From Verrucomicrobiia bacterium (GTDB lineage: Bacteria; Patescibacteriota; Saccharimonadia; Saccharimonadales; JAGQNK01): a stretch of DNA of 64,000 nucleotides. This document shows, piece after piece, positions 1-8,461 of this stretch; positions within the stretch are counted from its first letter, which is position 1, and each line of letters opens with the position of its first letter. The position numbers and the translations under genes are program-made. The notes beneath the pieces were generated by a model. It did no database searches. It saw nothing but the letters and a program-made list of their open reading frames with translations, and had not been told where the DNA came from. Where the stretch lies: NCBI GenBank assembly GCA_035489575.1, contig DATHJY010000013.1:155346-219345 (forward strand), written 5' to 3'.

Positions 1-800
1 TGACGTACGTCACGTACGGCTCGGCCCGCCACCAGCCCGTCCACTACAGCTTCTACCAGAACCGCGCCAGCGAGCGTGTGCCCGGCCAGGGACCCAACTG
101 CATGTTCTTGCAGTTCCCGACCGCGCATCTGGAGGCAGTGGACGGCCCCAACCACACCCACGACTTCATGCGCGACGTCACGGCCGGGCTGCCCGACCTG
201 GTGTACGTCCCCCGCATGCGCGGAGCAACCCTGGGCGGCCTCGCCACCCGGTCAGCCCTCGGCGCGCCCGTGGTCGTGGAGCATGGTGACTACCACCTCA
301 TCCTGTGCAGCTCGCCCAGCCGCATCCTGGAAGCCCTGGATCAGGTGCCCCCCAGCCGTCGGCCGGCGCATACCGCGCAGCTCGAGGCCCTGGCCGCCTG
401 GTACGGGGAGTGGTACCCGGATCACTCGTTCGTGCTGGCCTGCTTCAACGGCAGCGCCAACCCGCGGCACCCGATCGCCGTCAGGTACGTCCCCAACAAC
501 GACGACGTGGTGTTCGCCCCCGGACTGGACGGCCACACTGGCAACGTGCCGATCATCGGCCAGCCCATCGTGCGTGACTTCTACGTCGCGTTCGCGGTCC
601 AGGGCCAGCAGCTGCCGATCAGCTTCCGCTACCAGCACGGCGGCTTCATCATCCAGCCCGACTGGGCCCCGCTGCCGAACCTGGGAGTCGCCGGCTTCCA
701 CGACAACCGCTTCGACGCCCCCAACGGCGACTACACCGTCGCGGTCGACAGCCTCCGGCAGGGCGCTTCCGGCCACGAGCTGGTGGACGTCCTGATCTGA
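1..800 (+). CDS. hypothetical protein, 5' end outside window (high-GC island I1)
   Basis: Frame 3 is open from nt 3 to TGA at 798-800 (the ORF track starts it at GTG 78). Codon usage is GC3-rich, unlike the adjacent genes. No motif recognised. Confidence 0.6.
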   Translation, partial: TYVTYGSARHQPVHYSFYQNRASERVPGQGPNCMFLQFPTAHLEAVDGPNHTHDFMRDVTAGLPDLVYVPRMRGATLGGLATRSALGAPVVVEHGDYHLILCSSPSRILEALDQVPPSRRPAHTAQLEALAAWYGEWYPDHSFVLACFNGSANPRHPIAVRYVPNNDDVVFAPGLDGHTGNVPIIGQPIVRDFYVAFAVQGQQLPISFRYQHGGFIIQPDWAPLPNLGVAGFHDNRFDAPNGDYTVAVDSLRQGASGHELVDVLI

Positions 801-850
801 CGCAACTTCGATAGGTGATCGAGTAGAACCGATCAAACAACACAAAAAGC

Positions 851-901
851 CCTAGGGTGATGACCTGTTCTTTCGCATTTATGCGAAGTCATCACTCTAG
901 G
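851..901 (+). other. long imperfect RNA hairpin 3' of island I1
   Basis: 851-864 pairs with 888-901 (14 bp, including a G856.U896 wobble valid only on the + strand). An inner hairpin pairs 872-877 with 882-887, with a 7-nt bulge at 865-871. No U-run follows on the + strand. Confidence 0.45.
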
Positions 902-953
902 CACTACCATGTCTTAATCTCCAAGATGTATAAAGTGGTTTATACTCTTATAT

Positions 954-1220
954 ATGGCAAAAAAGACTTATAACGAAGACGACCTGAAGCGCATAGCCGA
1001 GCTCATCACAGAAGACATTGGAATGCGAATCGACGCCCTGGAAGAAAATATGGGTGCCATAGTCGAAAGGAAAGTCCGTCCGGTTGTACAAGAAGAGCTT
1101 GTCGAGGCAAGGGAGGACATCAAACTCATTAAAGCTGCGGTCACTGATACCAGTAATGACCTTCATAAACTTGAAAGACGAGTGGCTCGCCTAGAGGCCA
1201 CACGGGGGATTCCTGGGTGA
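954..1220 (+). CDS. small coiled-coil hypothetical protein
   Basis: 88-aa ORF with a charged heptad-like sequence. Its stop overlaps the xth start by 4 nt (translational coupling). Confidence 0.55.
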   Translation: MAKKTYNEDDLKRIAELITEDIGMRIDALEENMGAIVERKVRPVVQEELVEAREDIKLIKAAVTDTSNDLHKLERRVARLEATRGIPG

Positions 1221-2020
1221 AAATCTACAGCTGGAATGTCAATGGAATCCGCGCCGTGGTCAACAAAGGTGCTTTTCAAGAGTTTATAAAAACGCACCAG
1301 CCAGACATCTTGTGCCTGCAAGAAACCAAGGCCATGCAAGGGCAGGCCGTTATAGAACTACCTGATTATGAGGAGTACTGGCACTCAGCCGAAAAGAAGG
1401 GGTACAGTGGCACCGCCATCTTTACCAAGCACCAGCCCATAGCTGTCATCAACAGTTTGCCAGAAGATATCCAGAAAAAATACGGTCTGGTGGCCGACAA
1501 ATATGGCAACCCCAATAGCGAGGGCAGGGTCATCGCTGCCGAGTTTGAAGATTTTTATATTGTTACCGTCTACACCCCCAATGCCAAGGACGACCTCAGC
1601 CGCGTACCACTGCGCCACAAACAGTGGGATCCAGCTTTCCTGGCCTACTGCCAACAGCTAGAAAAGAAAAAGCCCGTCATCTTTTGCGGCGATCTCAATG
1701 TCGCTCATACACCCGACGACCTAGCCCGCCCCAAACCAAATGAGGGCAAGAAAGGCTTTACCACCGAAGAGCGCGAAGGCTTCCAAAAGTTCATAGACCA
1801 CGGCTTTGTAGACACCTTCCGTATGTTTACCGAAGGCAACGGACACTACAGCTGGTGGTCCCACTGGGGCAATGCCCGCGCCAATAATGTTGGCTGGCGG
1901 ATTGACTATTTCCTGGTGTCAGAGGGCTTGAAGAAAAAGATCAAAAAGGCCCAAATCCATGCCGACGTCATGGGGTCCGACCACTGTCCCATCAGCATAA
2001 CCCTGCAAACATCAGCCTAG
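1217..2020 (+). CDS. xth: exodeoxyribonuclease III (AP endonuclease, ExoIII/APE1 family)
   Basis: N-terminus MKIYSWNVNGIRA, LCLQETK, C-terminus GSDHCP, and typical length (267 aa). Confidence 0.9.
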   Translation: MKIYSWNVNGIRAVVNKGAFQEFIKTHQPDILCLQETKAMQGQAVIELPDYEEYWHSAEKKGYSGTAIFTKHQPIAVINSLPEDIQKKYGLVADKYGNPNSEGRVIAAEFEDFYIVTVYTPNAKDDLSRVPLRHKQWDPAFLAYCQQLEKKKPVIFCGDLNVAHTPDDLARPKPNEGKKGFTTEEREGFQKFIDHGFVDTFRMFTEGNGHYSWWSHWGNARANNVGWRIDYFLVSEGLKKKIKKAQIHADVMGSDHCPISITLQTSA

Positions 2021-2032
2021 GATAGGACAGCA

Positions 2033-2431
2033 ATGGCCAAAACACGTACCATCAGACAAAGCGACACCAGCTTTGAAGAGATAAGTCAGCTGATCTGGAA
2101 ACATCTGGAAGAGCGGGATTGGCTCGGCAATTCGCCCCGAGGCTATGCAACATCTATTGCTATCGAGGCTGGTGAACTGCTCGAGCACTATCAGTGGTCC
2201 GAGAAAGCAGTGGGCGACAAGCAAGCCCTAGCTGATGAACTAGCCGATATACTTATCTACTGCTTCCAGTATGCCCAACGAACTGACATTGATATGACCC
2301 AAGCTATCAAACAAAAACTGAAGAAGGCTGCCCAGAAGTATCCAGCCGAAAATTTTAAGAATAGATCCAAAGCAGACAGACACCAAAACTGGCAAGAAGC
2401 ACTCAGGGCTTATCGCACCGAAAAAACATGA
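2033..2431 (+). CDS. MazG-like nucleotide pyrophosphohydrolase
   Basis: EAGELLEHYQW ... ELADILIYCFQ helix pair typical of the MazG/NTP-PPase fold; 132 aa. Confidence 0.75.
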   Translation: MAKTRTIRQSDTSFEEISQLIWKHLEERDWLGNSPRGYATSIAIEAGELLEHYQWSEKAVGDKQALADELADILIYCFQYAQRTDIDMTQAIKQKLKKAAQKYPAENFKNRSKADRHQNWQEALRAYRTEKT

Positions 2432-2916
2432 AAGAACTAACTCTTGTGTTCCTCATCCGTGACCACCAGGTACTGCTGGCCATGAAAAAACGTGGCTTTG
2501 GTGCCGGCAGATGGAACGGAGCAGGAGGCAAGCTCGAGCCAAACGAGAGCACCACAGAGGCTTTGGTCCGCGAATGCCAGGAAGAAATAGGTGTCACCCC
2601 CACTAGCTACGAAAAAGTAGCAGACCTCACCTTTGACGCCTATATGAACGACCAACGTACTGATCTACATGTCCATGCCTTTCTGTGCCATGAGTGGACT
2701 GGCCAGCCAACCGAGTCCGAAGAAATGCGTCCTCAGTGGTTCAAAACAACCGACATACCTTATGGCGACATGTGGCAAGACGACAAACACTGGCTGCCAC
2801 AAGTTCTGAACGGCAAGAAAGTAGTCGGTACGTTTGCATTTGATAAACAAGATGTCATGCTCAGCCATAAAGTGCAGGAGGTAACAGATTTTGGATCATC
2901 CAACATTTTGGCATAG
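2428..2916 (+). CDS. NUDIX hydrolase (MutT-like)
   Basis: Nudix box GGKLEPNESTTEALVRECQEEIGV. The start overlaps the previous stop by 4 nt. Confidence 0.85.
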   Translation: MKELTLVFLIRDHQVLLAMKKRGFGAGRWNGAGGKLEPNESTTEALVRECQEEIGVTPTSYEKVADLTFDAYMNDQRTDLHVHAFLCHEWTGQPTESEEMRPQWFKTTDIPYGDMWQDDKHWLPQVLNGKKVVGTFAFDKQDVMLSHKVQEVTDFGSSNILA

Positions 2917-3691
2917 ACAAACCATCGACAAACCTCTGTATCCAGATTTGGTATGGAGCCGGCCAGAACGGCGCAGTGCCGCGGGCAAGCTGTTGATCAT
3001 TGGGGGCAACTTACACGCCTTTGCCGCTCCGGCCGAGGCTTTTGCCCGGGCCGAAAAAACCGGTGCCGGTGTTGTCAGGGTAATGCTGCCAGACGCTGCC
3101 AAGAAGATCGTGGGACCCATACTGGAACATGTAGAGTACGCACCCAGCACCCTCAGCGGCAGCTTTGGGCAAAAAGCCCTGGCAGAACTAGTAGCCGCCA
3201 GCGCCTGGGCAGACGCCGTGCTAATAGCCGGCGACCTAGGCAGAAATTCTGAAACAGCCATTCTGCTCGAAAAGCTCGCTCAAAAATACCCGGGCCATCT
3301 GACGCTCACCAAAGACGCCGCAGACTATGTGACATCTGCGCCAGACGCCTTTGTGCACCGCCAAAACACCCTGCTGGTGCTCAGCTTTGCGCAACTGCAG
3401 AAGCTGGCGACAAAGATGGGATACACCAGAGCCTTTACATTCGATATGGACCTACTGCGACTAGTTGATACGCTGCACGACTTTACCACCCAGCACACCA
3501 TCATGATCGTCGTGCAACACCTAGAGCAACTGATTATAGGCGTGAATGGCCAGGTGGTAACCACCACATTACCGGAGGTCCCAGAAGCCTGGCGAGTCCA
3601 AACAGCCGCAGCCGCTAGCGTCTGGTGGATGCAGAACCCGTCCAAGCCGCTGGAGGCTTTGGCGACCACCCTTGTTGCAGATCACGCTTAA
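2891..3691 (+). CDS. YjeF-C/carbohydrate-kinase-like protein (tentative)
   Basis: KLLIIGGN...GAGVVRVMLP...AVLIAGDLGRN...LTKDAADYV resembles NAD(P)HX dehydratase-fold blocks. TTG start; divergent sequence. Confidence 0.4.
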   Translation: MDHPTFWHRQTIDKPLYPDLVWSRPERRSAAGKLLIIGGNLHAFAAPAEAFARAEKTGAGVVRVMLPDAAKKIVGPILEHVEYAPSTLSGSFGQKALAELVAASAWADAVLIAGDLGRNSETAILLEKLAQKYPGHLTLTKDAADYVTSAPDAFVHRQNTLLVLSFAQLQKLATKMGYTRAFTFDMDLLRLVDTLHDFTTQHTIMIVVQHLEQLIIGVNGQVVTTTLPEVPEAWRVQTAAAASVWWMQNPSKPLEALATTLVADHA

Positions 3692-3711
3692 CTCCTTTAC
3701 TGTTGGCCTTT

Positions 3712-5007
3712 ATGTCTGAAGCATTGCCACCTATCATAGAGCACCTAATCGACCAAGTCCCAGAGCACGAGGGCTACCCACGCCCACACGAACTACGCAC
3801 AAACCTAGAGAATCTCGAGACCAAGTATCGCGACGACCCAGACATCTGCGCCGAGTTTAGGGAGCATGTAGACAGCATGGGCCGGTTTTTTGAGGTGTTT
3901 GTTATTGAGTTAACCGACGCAGATCCCGATGCCGGCGTCTTATATATCAAGGACGACGTGCATTCAAACGAGCACGTCGCCAAGGGCACTATGGATCATC
4001 TGGCACCTCGCGTACTGGAAGAGCCCAAGTTCATGGTCCAGCTTGGCCTTAGGCAAATCATCTACTACGACGCAGAATCAGAAAGCGCCGAACGCAACGG
4101 GGACCAGGTATATCAAGGCCCACTGACCACCGAACTCTTCCTGCAGGGCAGCCACCGATCCATGACCAACATAGATTACAGCTACCACCTTGGGTCCCAG
4201 GCGCCCCCAGGCACAATGGCATCCATGAAAATCATGGAGTTCTACCAGCCTACCGTTTTCTTTCCCGGCCACTGCGCTGCCCTCAACGAAGGCGCCTACT
4301 GGCTGATGTCGCACGATATTCCACTGCTGAATGAGTGGCTGATCGCTCTCTCGGATCATGAAGGTATCCCCCGCACTTCGTATGGCAATACTGCCGCCGT
4401 GCTTGCTGACGGAATCTTTGCACGTCGATCGTCTGCCGAGGGCAAGATGTCTCACGAGTACCTCAAAAAAGTAGCGGGGCTCACTGCTTTGGCCGCATTA
4501 AGCGAGGGACCCTACTTGCTGTCTCAGGCCTCGGAGGCTGACACGCCGCCAGGTCAACGCCTAGATCAACTGGGTCATATGGAAGACCTTGTCAGTATTT
4601 ATCAAACCGTCAGAGACACTATAGCTTGCGACGACCTAGCACCAGAAACACAGCCACACTACGACGCGGTAGCAGGATGGCTAGCAGAAGTTGAGCCATA
4701 TCTTGCCGGTGTTACCAACAAGCCAATAGCAGAGCTACCCCAGCTTGATGCCTCTCTCAGACAGATGCTCTACTTTGCCGTCCCGCTTAACAGCGCCCGG
4801 CAAGTGGCCGAATTAAGTAACAAGCCAAAGTTGGCACGGCGAGCGAACGACAAGATCATCGAAATAGCTCAGGCAGTCGATGAAGGGCTGCAGCCTATCG
4901 GGCTCAGACCCCGTCAGCTCATAGCCCTACAGGTAGGCACCATTGCCGCTGCTGCACTAGCACAGAAGCAAGGACTGATTACCGCTGAGAATAATGTAGT
5001 GCTATGA
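3712..5007 (+). CDS. hypothetical protein
   Basis: Long ORF. I prefer ATG 3712 (MSEALPP) over the track start at 3625, which overlaps the upstream gene. Confidence 0.6.
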   Translation: MSEALPPIIEHLIDQVPEHEGYPRPHELRTNLENLETKYRDDPDICAEFREHVDSMGRFFEVFVIELTDADPDAGVLYIKDDVHSNEHVAKGTMDHLAPRVLEEPKFMVQLGLRQIIYYDAESESAERNGDQVYQGPLTTELFLQGSHRSMTNIDYSYHLGSQAPPGTMASMKIMEFYQPTVFFPGHCAALNEGAYWLMSHDIPLLNEWLIALSDHEGIPRTSYGNTAAVLADGIFARRSSAEGKMSHEYLKKVAGLTALAALSEGPYLLSQASEADTPPGQRLDQLGHMEDLVSIYQTVRDTIACDDLAPETQPHYDAVAGWLAEVEPYLAGVTNKPIAELPQLDASLRQMLYFAVPLNSARQVAELSNKPKLARRANDKIIEIAQAVDEGLQPIGLRPRQLIALQVGTIAAAALAQKQGLITAENNVVL

Positions 5008-5030
5008 CATAGAACTGGGTAAGCAATAAG

Positions 5031-5276
5031 CTAGGCAGAAAGCTTATAACCAATCTTTTTGGCTAGCTCGTGAGTCCAACGGTCTAGACGCTCAAGTTGG
5101 TGTCCCATGACAAGCCTTTCGTCATCAGAAATTTCCTGTCGCTTGGCCATCTCATCCAGCAGGGCAAGCACTCGTTGCATATCTAAGCTACTGGCTTTCT
5201 CTGCCAGAGATTTATCAACTTTATCAAAGCGCTCAGTCATATATTTGAATAGCCGTGTGAATTCGTCTTCGCTCAT
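5031..5276 (-). CDS. small hypothetical protein (81 aa)
   Basis: Internal ATG at 5276 (MSEDEFTRLF...). The upstream part of the track ORF runs into the tRNA-fragment region. Confidence 0.5.
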   Translation of the reverse strand: MSEDEFTRLFKYMTERFDKVDKSLAEKASSLDMQRVLALLDEMAKRQEISDDERLVMGHQLERLDRWTHELAKKIGYKLSA

Positions 5277-5344
5277 AACTACCAGTATACGCCAGCCTAC
5301 AGAAGAAGAGGGGGCTGTCTTTAGCACAGCGATTGAGGTTTTTA

Positions 5345-5440
5345 GGTGCCGGAGGAGGGACTGCCTTCGGCAAGTTGCAGAGCTTTCTCGGTGCAAGCAC
5401 CTGCGAGAGCTCTTTGCGAGCGAACCCTCGGCTTCGCCGT
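5345..5440 (-). pseudogene. tRNA-Leu 3'-half fragment interrupted by a 58-nt insertion in the T-loop
   Basis: 5345-5362 is identical (18/18) to tRNA-Leu 5503-5520. 5421-5429 (cgaaccctc) matches the other T-arm half at 5521-5529. The two blocks are separated by 58 nt (5363-5420). Confidence 0.5.
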
Positions 5441-5470
5441 ACGGGTCCGAGGTACTTTCAATACCAAAGT

Positions 5471-5497
5471 AAAAAGCCCGCCAAGAGCGGGCCTTTT
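5471..5497. terminator. bidirectional rho-independent terminator
   Basis: Stem gcccgc/gcgggc (5476-5481 with 5487-5492), flanked by an A-run at 5471-5475 and a T-run at 5494-5497. It lies directly 3' of tRNA-Leu on the minus strand. Confidence 0.7.
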
Positions 5498-5501
5498 ACT
5501 T

Positions 5502-5589
5502 TGGTGCCGGAGGAGGGACTCGAACCCTCAAGCCTTGCGGCACACGATTTTGAGTCGTGCGCGTATACCAATTCCGCCACTCCGGCTCC
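5502..5589 (-). tRNA. tRNA-Leu (anticodon CAA), CCA encoded
   Basis: The reverse complement folds as a class II tRNA. Anticodon arm cacga-CUCAAAA-tcgtg, long variable arm, T-arm gaggg-ttcgagt-ccctc, 3' CCA. Confidence 0.9.
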
Positions 5590-5687
5590 TCTGTGTTAAA
5601 GCACAACCTATACACGGATAGGTTTGACCGTCCTACTGTACTATAATTACCCTGTTAGCGCCAGCGTATGCGGCCACAAGACACCCC

Positions 5688-6929
5688 ATGGATAACCCCT
5701 TTCAAGACAACCCACTATTTCAGAACCTCCAACCCAAAAGACGGGTGGTAGAACCATTACCCGAACAAACCGGCAAGAACGATAATCCGGCCGTTGATTT
5801 GATTCGCCAAAAAATTGGCAACCTCTATATCGAAGAACCAAACGCCAAAGAAGAGCTGGTCGAGGCCAAAGCAGCCGGCAAGAAGCGGTCCAAACACCAG
5901 CAGTTTTTGTACGAGATTAGCCAGTCGGGCAAGCCCCTAGCAGAGATACAAAAAGCCTGGCACACCTATTACCAAGAGCTACCCGACAAAGACAAGCACG
6001 AGGTATGGCAGGAATTTTACGAAGACCACCAGCCCAAGCACACCAAGATAGAACCACATCACACAGAAACCAAACCCAGCAAGCCAGACAAACCCGTGGT
6101 TCACCCCCAGGCCAGCGCACACGTCACCACAGACGCCCCAACAACCGACCTGCGCAGTGTGTCAGATGTCAAAGATCAGCTGCTGGGCCGTATCCAAAAA
6201 CGAGGGACCGCAAAAAAAGGACACCTGCAATCATTGCTGTTTGGTTTGGGCTTGGGAGCTGTCGCGGTTGTTATATTACTCTTTGGTTTTTTTAACGAAC
6301 GATTTATTGCGCCGTTTATCACACCCAGCAAATCTGTCAGCAATAGCCCCATCATCATAGATCCAGCCAGCACCACCGTAGGGACTGCGCCCACCGTTCT
6401 GATACCCAAGATCAACGCCGAACTGCCCGTTGTCTACGACGAACCATCTGTCAGCGAAGCAGCCGTACAAAAGGCCCTAGAGCGCGGAGTAGTGCACTAC
6501 GCCACCACGCCCGGCCCGGGTGAACTAGGCAACGGCGTTATCTTTGGCCACTCTAGCAACAACATCCTCAACAAAGGGCAGTACAAGTTTGCCTTTGTGC
6601 TGCTGCACCGCCTAGAGATTGGCGATACCTTTATGATTCAAAAAGATAGCAAACGGTATATATACCGCATATTCGAGAAGAAGGTGGTCAAACCAACCGA
6701 AGTGGCCGTATTGGGCAAAACCACCAAGGCAGCCACCTTTACCCTCATAACCTGCGACCCACCCGGCACTTCCATAAACCGTCTGGTAGTCATTGGCGAA
6801 CAGATCAGCCCCGACCCCGCAAGCAACATAGCCAGCACCATCCCCCAAGACGAAGCCACCCAACCCCAAGAACTCCCCAGCAACTCCCCCAGCCTCTGGC
6901 AAAGAATAACCTCCTGGTTCACCTCGTAA
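5688..6929 (+). CDS. sortase-family transpeptidase with long N-terminal region
   Basis: One TM segment, then a sortase domain with the catalytic TLITCDP (TLxTC) motif. Confidence 0.85.
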   Translation: MDNPFQDNPLFQNLQPKRRVVEPLPEQTGKNDNPAVDLIRQKIGNLYIEEPNAKEELVEAKAAGKKRSKHQQFLYEISQSGKPLAEIQKAWHTYYQELPDKDKHEVWQEFYEDHQPKHTKIEPHHTETKPSKPDKPVVHPQASAHVTTDAPTTDLRSVSDVKDQLLGRIQKRGTAKKGHLQSLLFGLGLGAVAVVILLFGFFNERFIAPFITPSKSVSNSPIIIDPASTTVGTAPTVLIPKINAELPVVYDEPSVSEAAVQKALERGVVHYATTPGPGELGNGVIFGHSSNNILNKGQYKFAFVLLHRLEIGDTFMIQKDSKRYIYRIFEKKVVKPTEVAVLGKTTKAATFTLITCDPPGTSINRLVVIGEQISPDPASNIASTIPQDEATQPQELPSNSPSLWQRITSWFTS

Positions 6930-7265
6930 CTCCTGAAGTTCCACTGAATAAACCCAGAAACTCTTATTTAAACAGTGCATTCCCCACATACAAGCCAGTA
7001 CGCGGTTGGCCAAACATTACTAGCCAGTAGCTCCCAACTGTCTGGGTCCTGCGGGATTTATTATTGACTTAAAAGATTGCAGGGCCGCAAACAGGTCCTC
7101 GGACCGCAGGCGGCTGGGAGCTACTGGCTAATCAGTTTTGGCCAAAGCGTACGTGACTTCCATGTGGGGAATGCCGCCACGAAACGTGGATGGCTTACCC
7201 CACCTCCGACCAGATCAGGCTTTCCAGAAACTGATTGGGTGGCTGGTCAAGGCTACCGTAATGGT

Positions 7266-8257
7266 TCAATACCTTCGCACCACCAGTCCGAGCGGCGAAG
7301 CCGCGAGCTGGTGGAAAGAAGGGATAATGAACCATATGCCATACACCACTAATCCCAAACTCCCCCGCCTGCGTATGCAGGCTGTGCTCATGGTTCGCCG
7401 TGGCCACAGTGTGCGAGCGGTAGCTCGCCACTTTGGGTACAGCCACAGCACCGTGTCCCGCTGGGTGGCTCGTGCTCCGTTCGATGGACGAGAAACCATC
7501 CCCACACTCCGCAGCAAACCCAAGTCCCATCCCCGGGCTTTGGCCCCAGGGCTTGTGTCAGCCATTGTGGAGGAACGCTTGCGCACCAAGCGCTGCGCCG
7601 AGGTGATCCAGGCGAGCCTTGCCCGCCGTGGCATCACCGTCTCGTTGAGCAGCGTGAAACGCACGCTCAAGCGACACGAACTGGTGCCGTCCCGCAAATG
7701 GAAACGGTATCGCCCACCAGTGGCTCGGCCTCCGGCCGAGACCCCTGGTGCCCTCGTGCAGACAGATACCATTCACTTCCTGGATTGGCAGACCAAGGAG
7801 ATGTTCTACCTCTACACGGTGATTGATCTGCACAGCCGCATGGCACATGCGGCTGTGCACGACCACATCTCACAACACTGGAGCTACCAAACAATCCTGG
7901 AGGCCCAGGCCCTGTTCGGCTTTGCCTTCCAGACGGTCCAGGCAGACAACGGACCAGAGTTTGCCACTTGGCTCAAAGACATGTTGAAGAGCAAAGACAT
8001 ACAACTTCGCCACAGCCGAGTCCGCCAGTCCAATGACAATGCCCACATTGAACGCTTCAACCGGACCATTCAGCAGGAACTGCTGGGCACCAGGCCGCTC
8101 CGCGGCCAGGTGACTAAGACCAGGCTAGACGCCTGGCTCCACTACTACAACCACGACCGGCTACACCTTGGTATTGGACTTAAGACACCAAAAGAACAAC
8201 AAGAACTGGCTGCAAGACAACCGGCCTAACGGCCGGTTAGTGGTGCGAAGGTATTGA
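7266..8257 (+). mobile_element. IS481-family-like insertion sequence (boundaries tentative)
   Basis: 18-bp perfect terminal inverted repeat tcaataccttcgcaccac (7266-7283 with 8240-8257) brackets a DDE transposase. A second, outer imperfect IR pair lies at 7091-7114 and 8270-8293. No clear target-site duplication. Confidence 0.65.
7327..8229 (+). CDS. DDE transposase/integrase-core protein (IS481-like)
   Basis: N-terminal HTH (RAVARHFGYSHSTVSRW) and rve-type core (DNGPEF ... NDNAHIERFNRTIQQE). ATG 7327 is preferred to the track start at 7138. Confidence 0.85.
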   Translation: MNHMPYTTNPKLPRLRMQAVLMVRRGHSVRAVARHFGYSHSTVSRWVARAPFDGRETIPTLRSKPKSHPRALAPGLVSAIVEERLRTKRCAEVIQASLARRGITVSLSSVKRTLKRHELVPSRKWKRYRPPVARPPAETPGALVQTDTIHFLDWQTKEMFYLYTVIDLHSRMAHAAVHDHISQHWSYQTILEAQALFGFAFQTVQADNGPEFATWLKDMLKSKDIQLRHSRVRQSNDNAHIERFNRTIQQELLGTRPLRGQVTKTRLDAWLHYYNHDRLHLGIGLKTPKEQQELAARQPA

Positions 8258-8461
8258 TTAGATTGCGGGCTACCTGCGCTCCGAGGACTGTCTGAAGTTC
8301 TGCTATTCCGTTAAATCAATGACAAAAGCAGAACGAGTTCCGCAGGAGCCGGATAGCTTTGCCGGCTGCCCAGTCACGTTTTTGGAACCGCCTGTCTGGC
8401 GAAGGTGGGGTAAGTACTAGGATCCGAAGGGGTGGGTGTTTTTGGCTTTTAGGTTAGCGAG

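Noticed and set aside
851-901. GGUGAUGA in the hairpin 3' of island I1, considered as a variant hammerhead core or a C-box/k-turn.
   Set aside because: C3 would be G, and the UGAUGA is fully Watson-Crick paired with GUCAUCAC. No three-way junction or D-box (CUGA) is present. It is kept only as a plain bulged hairpin.
5122-5128. CUGAUGA core matches outside the four hammerheads: minus strand at 5122-5128, 19774-19780 and 48633-48639, and plus strand at 2232-2238.
   Set aside because: All lie inside well-supported CDSs. None has an adjacent stem II, a GAAA at the right distance, or a complementary stem III with a UH cleavage site.
7138-7326. N-terminal 63-codon extension of the transposase ORF.
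   Set aside because: It extends across the left terminal inverted repeat (7266-7283). The IS481-type HTH begins right after Met at 7327.
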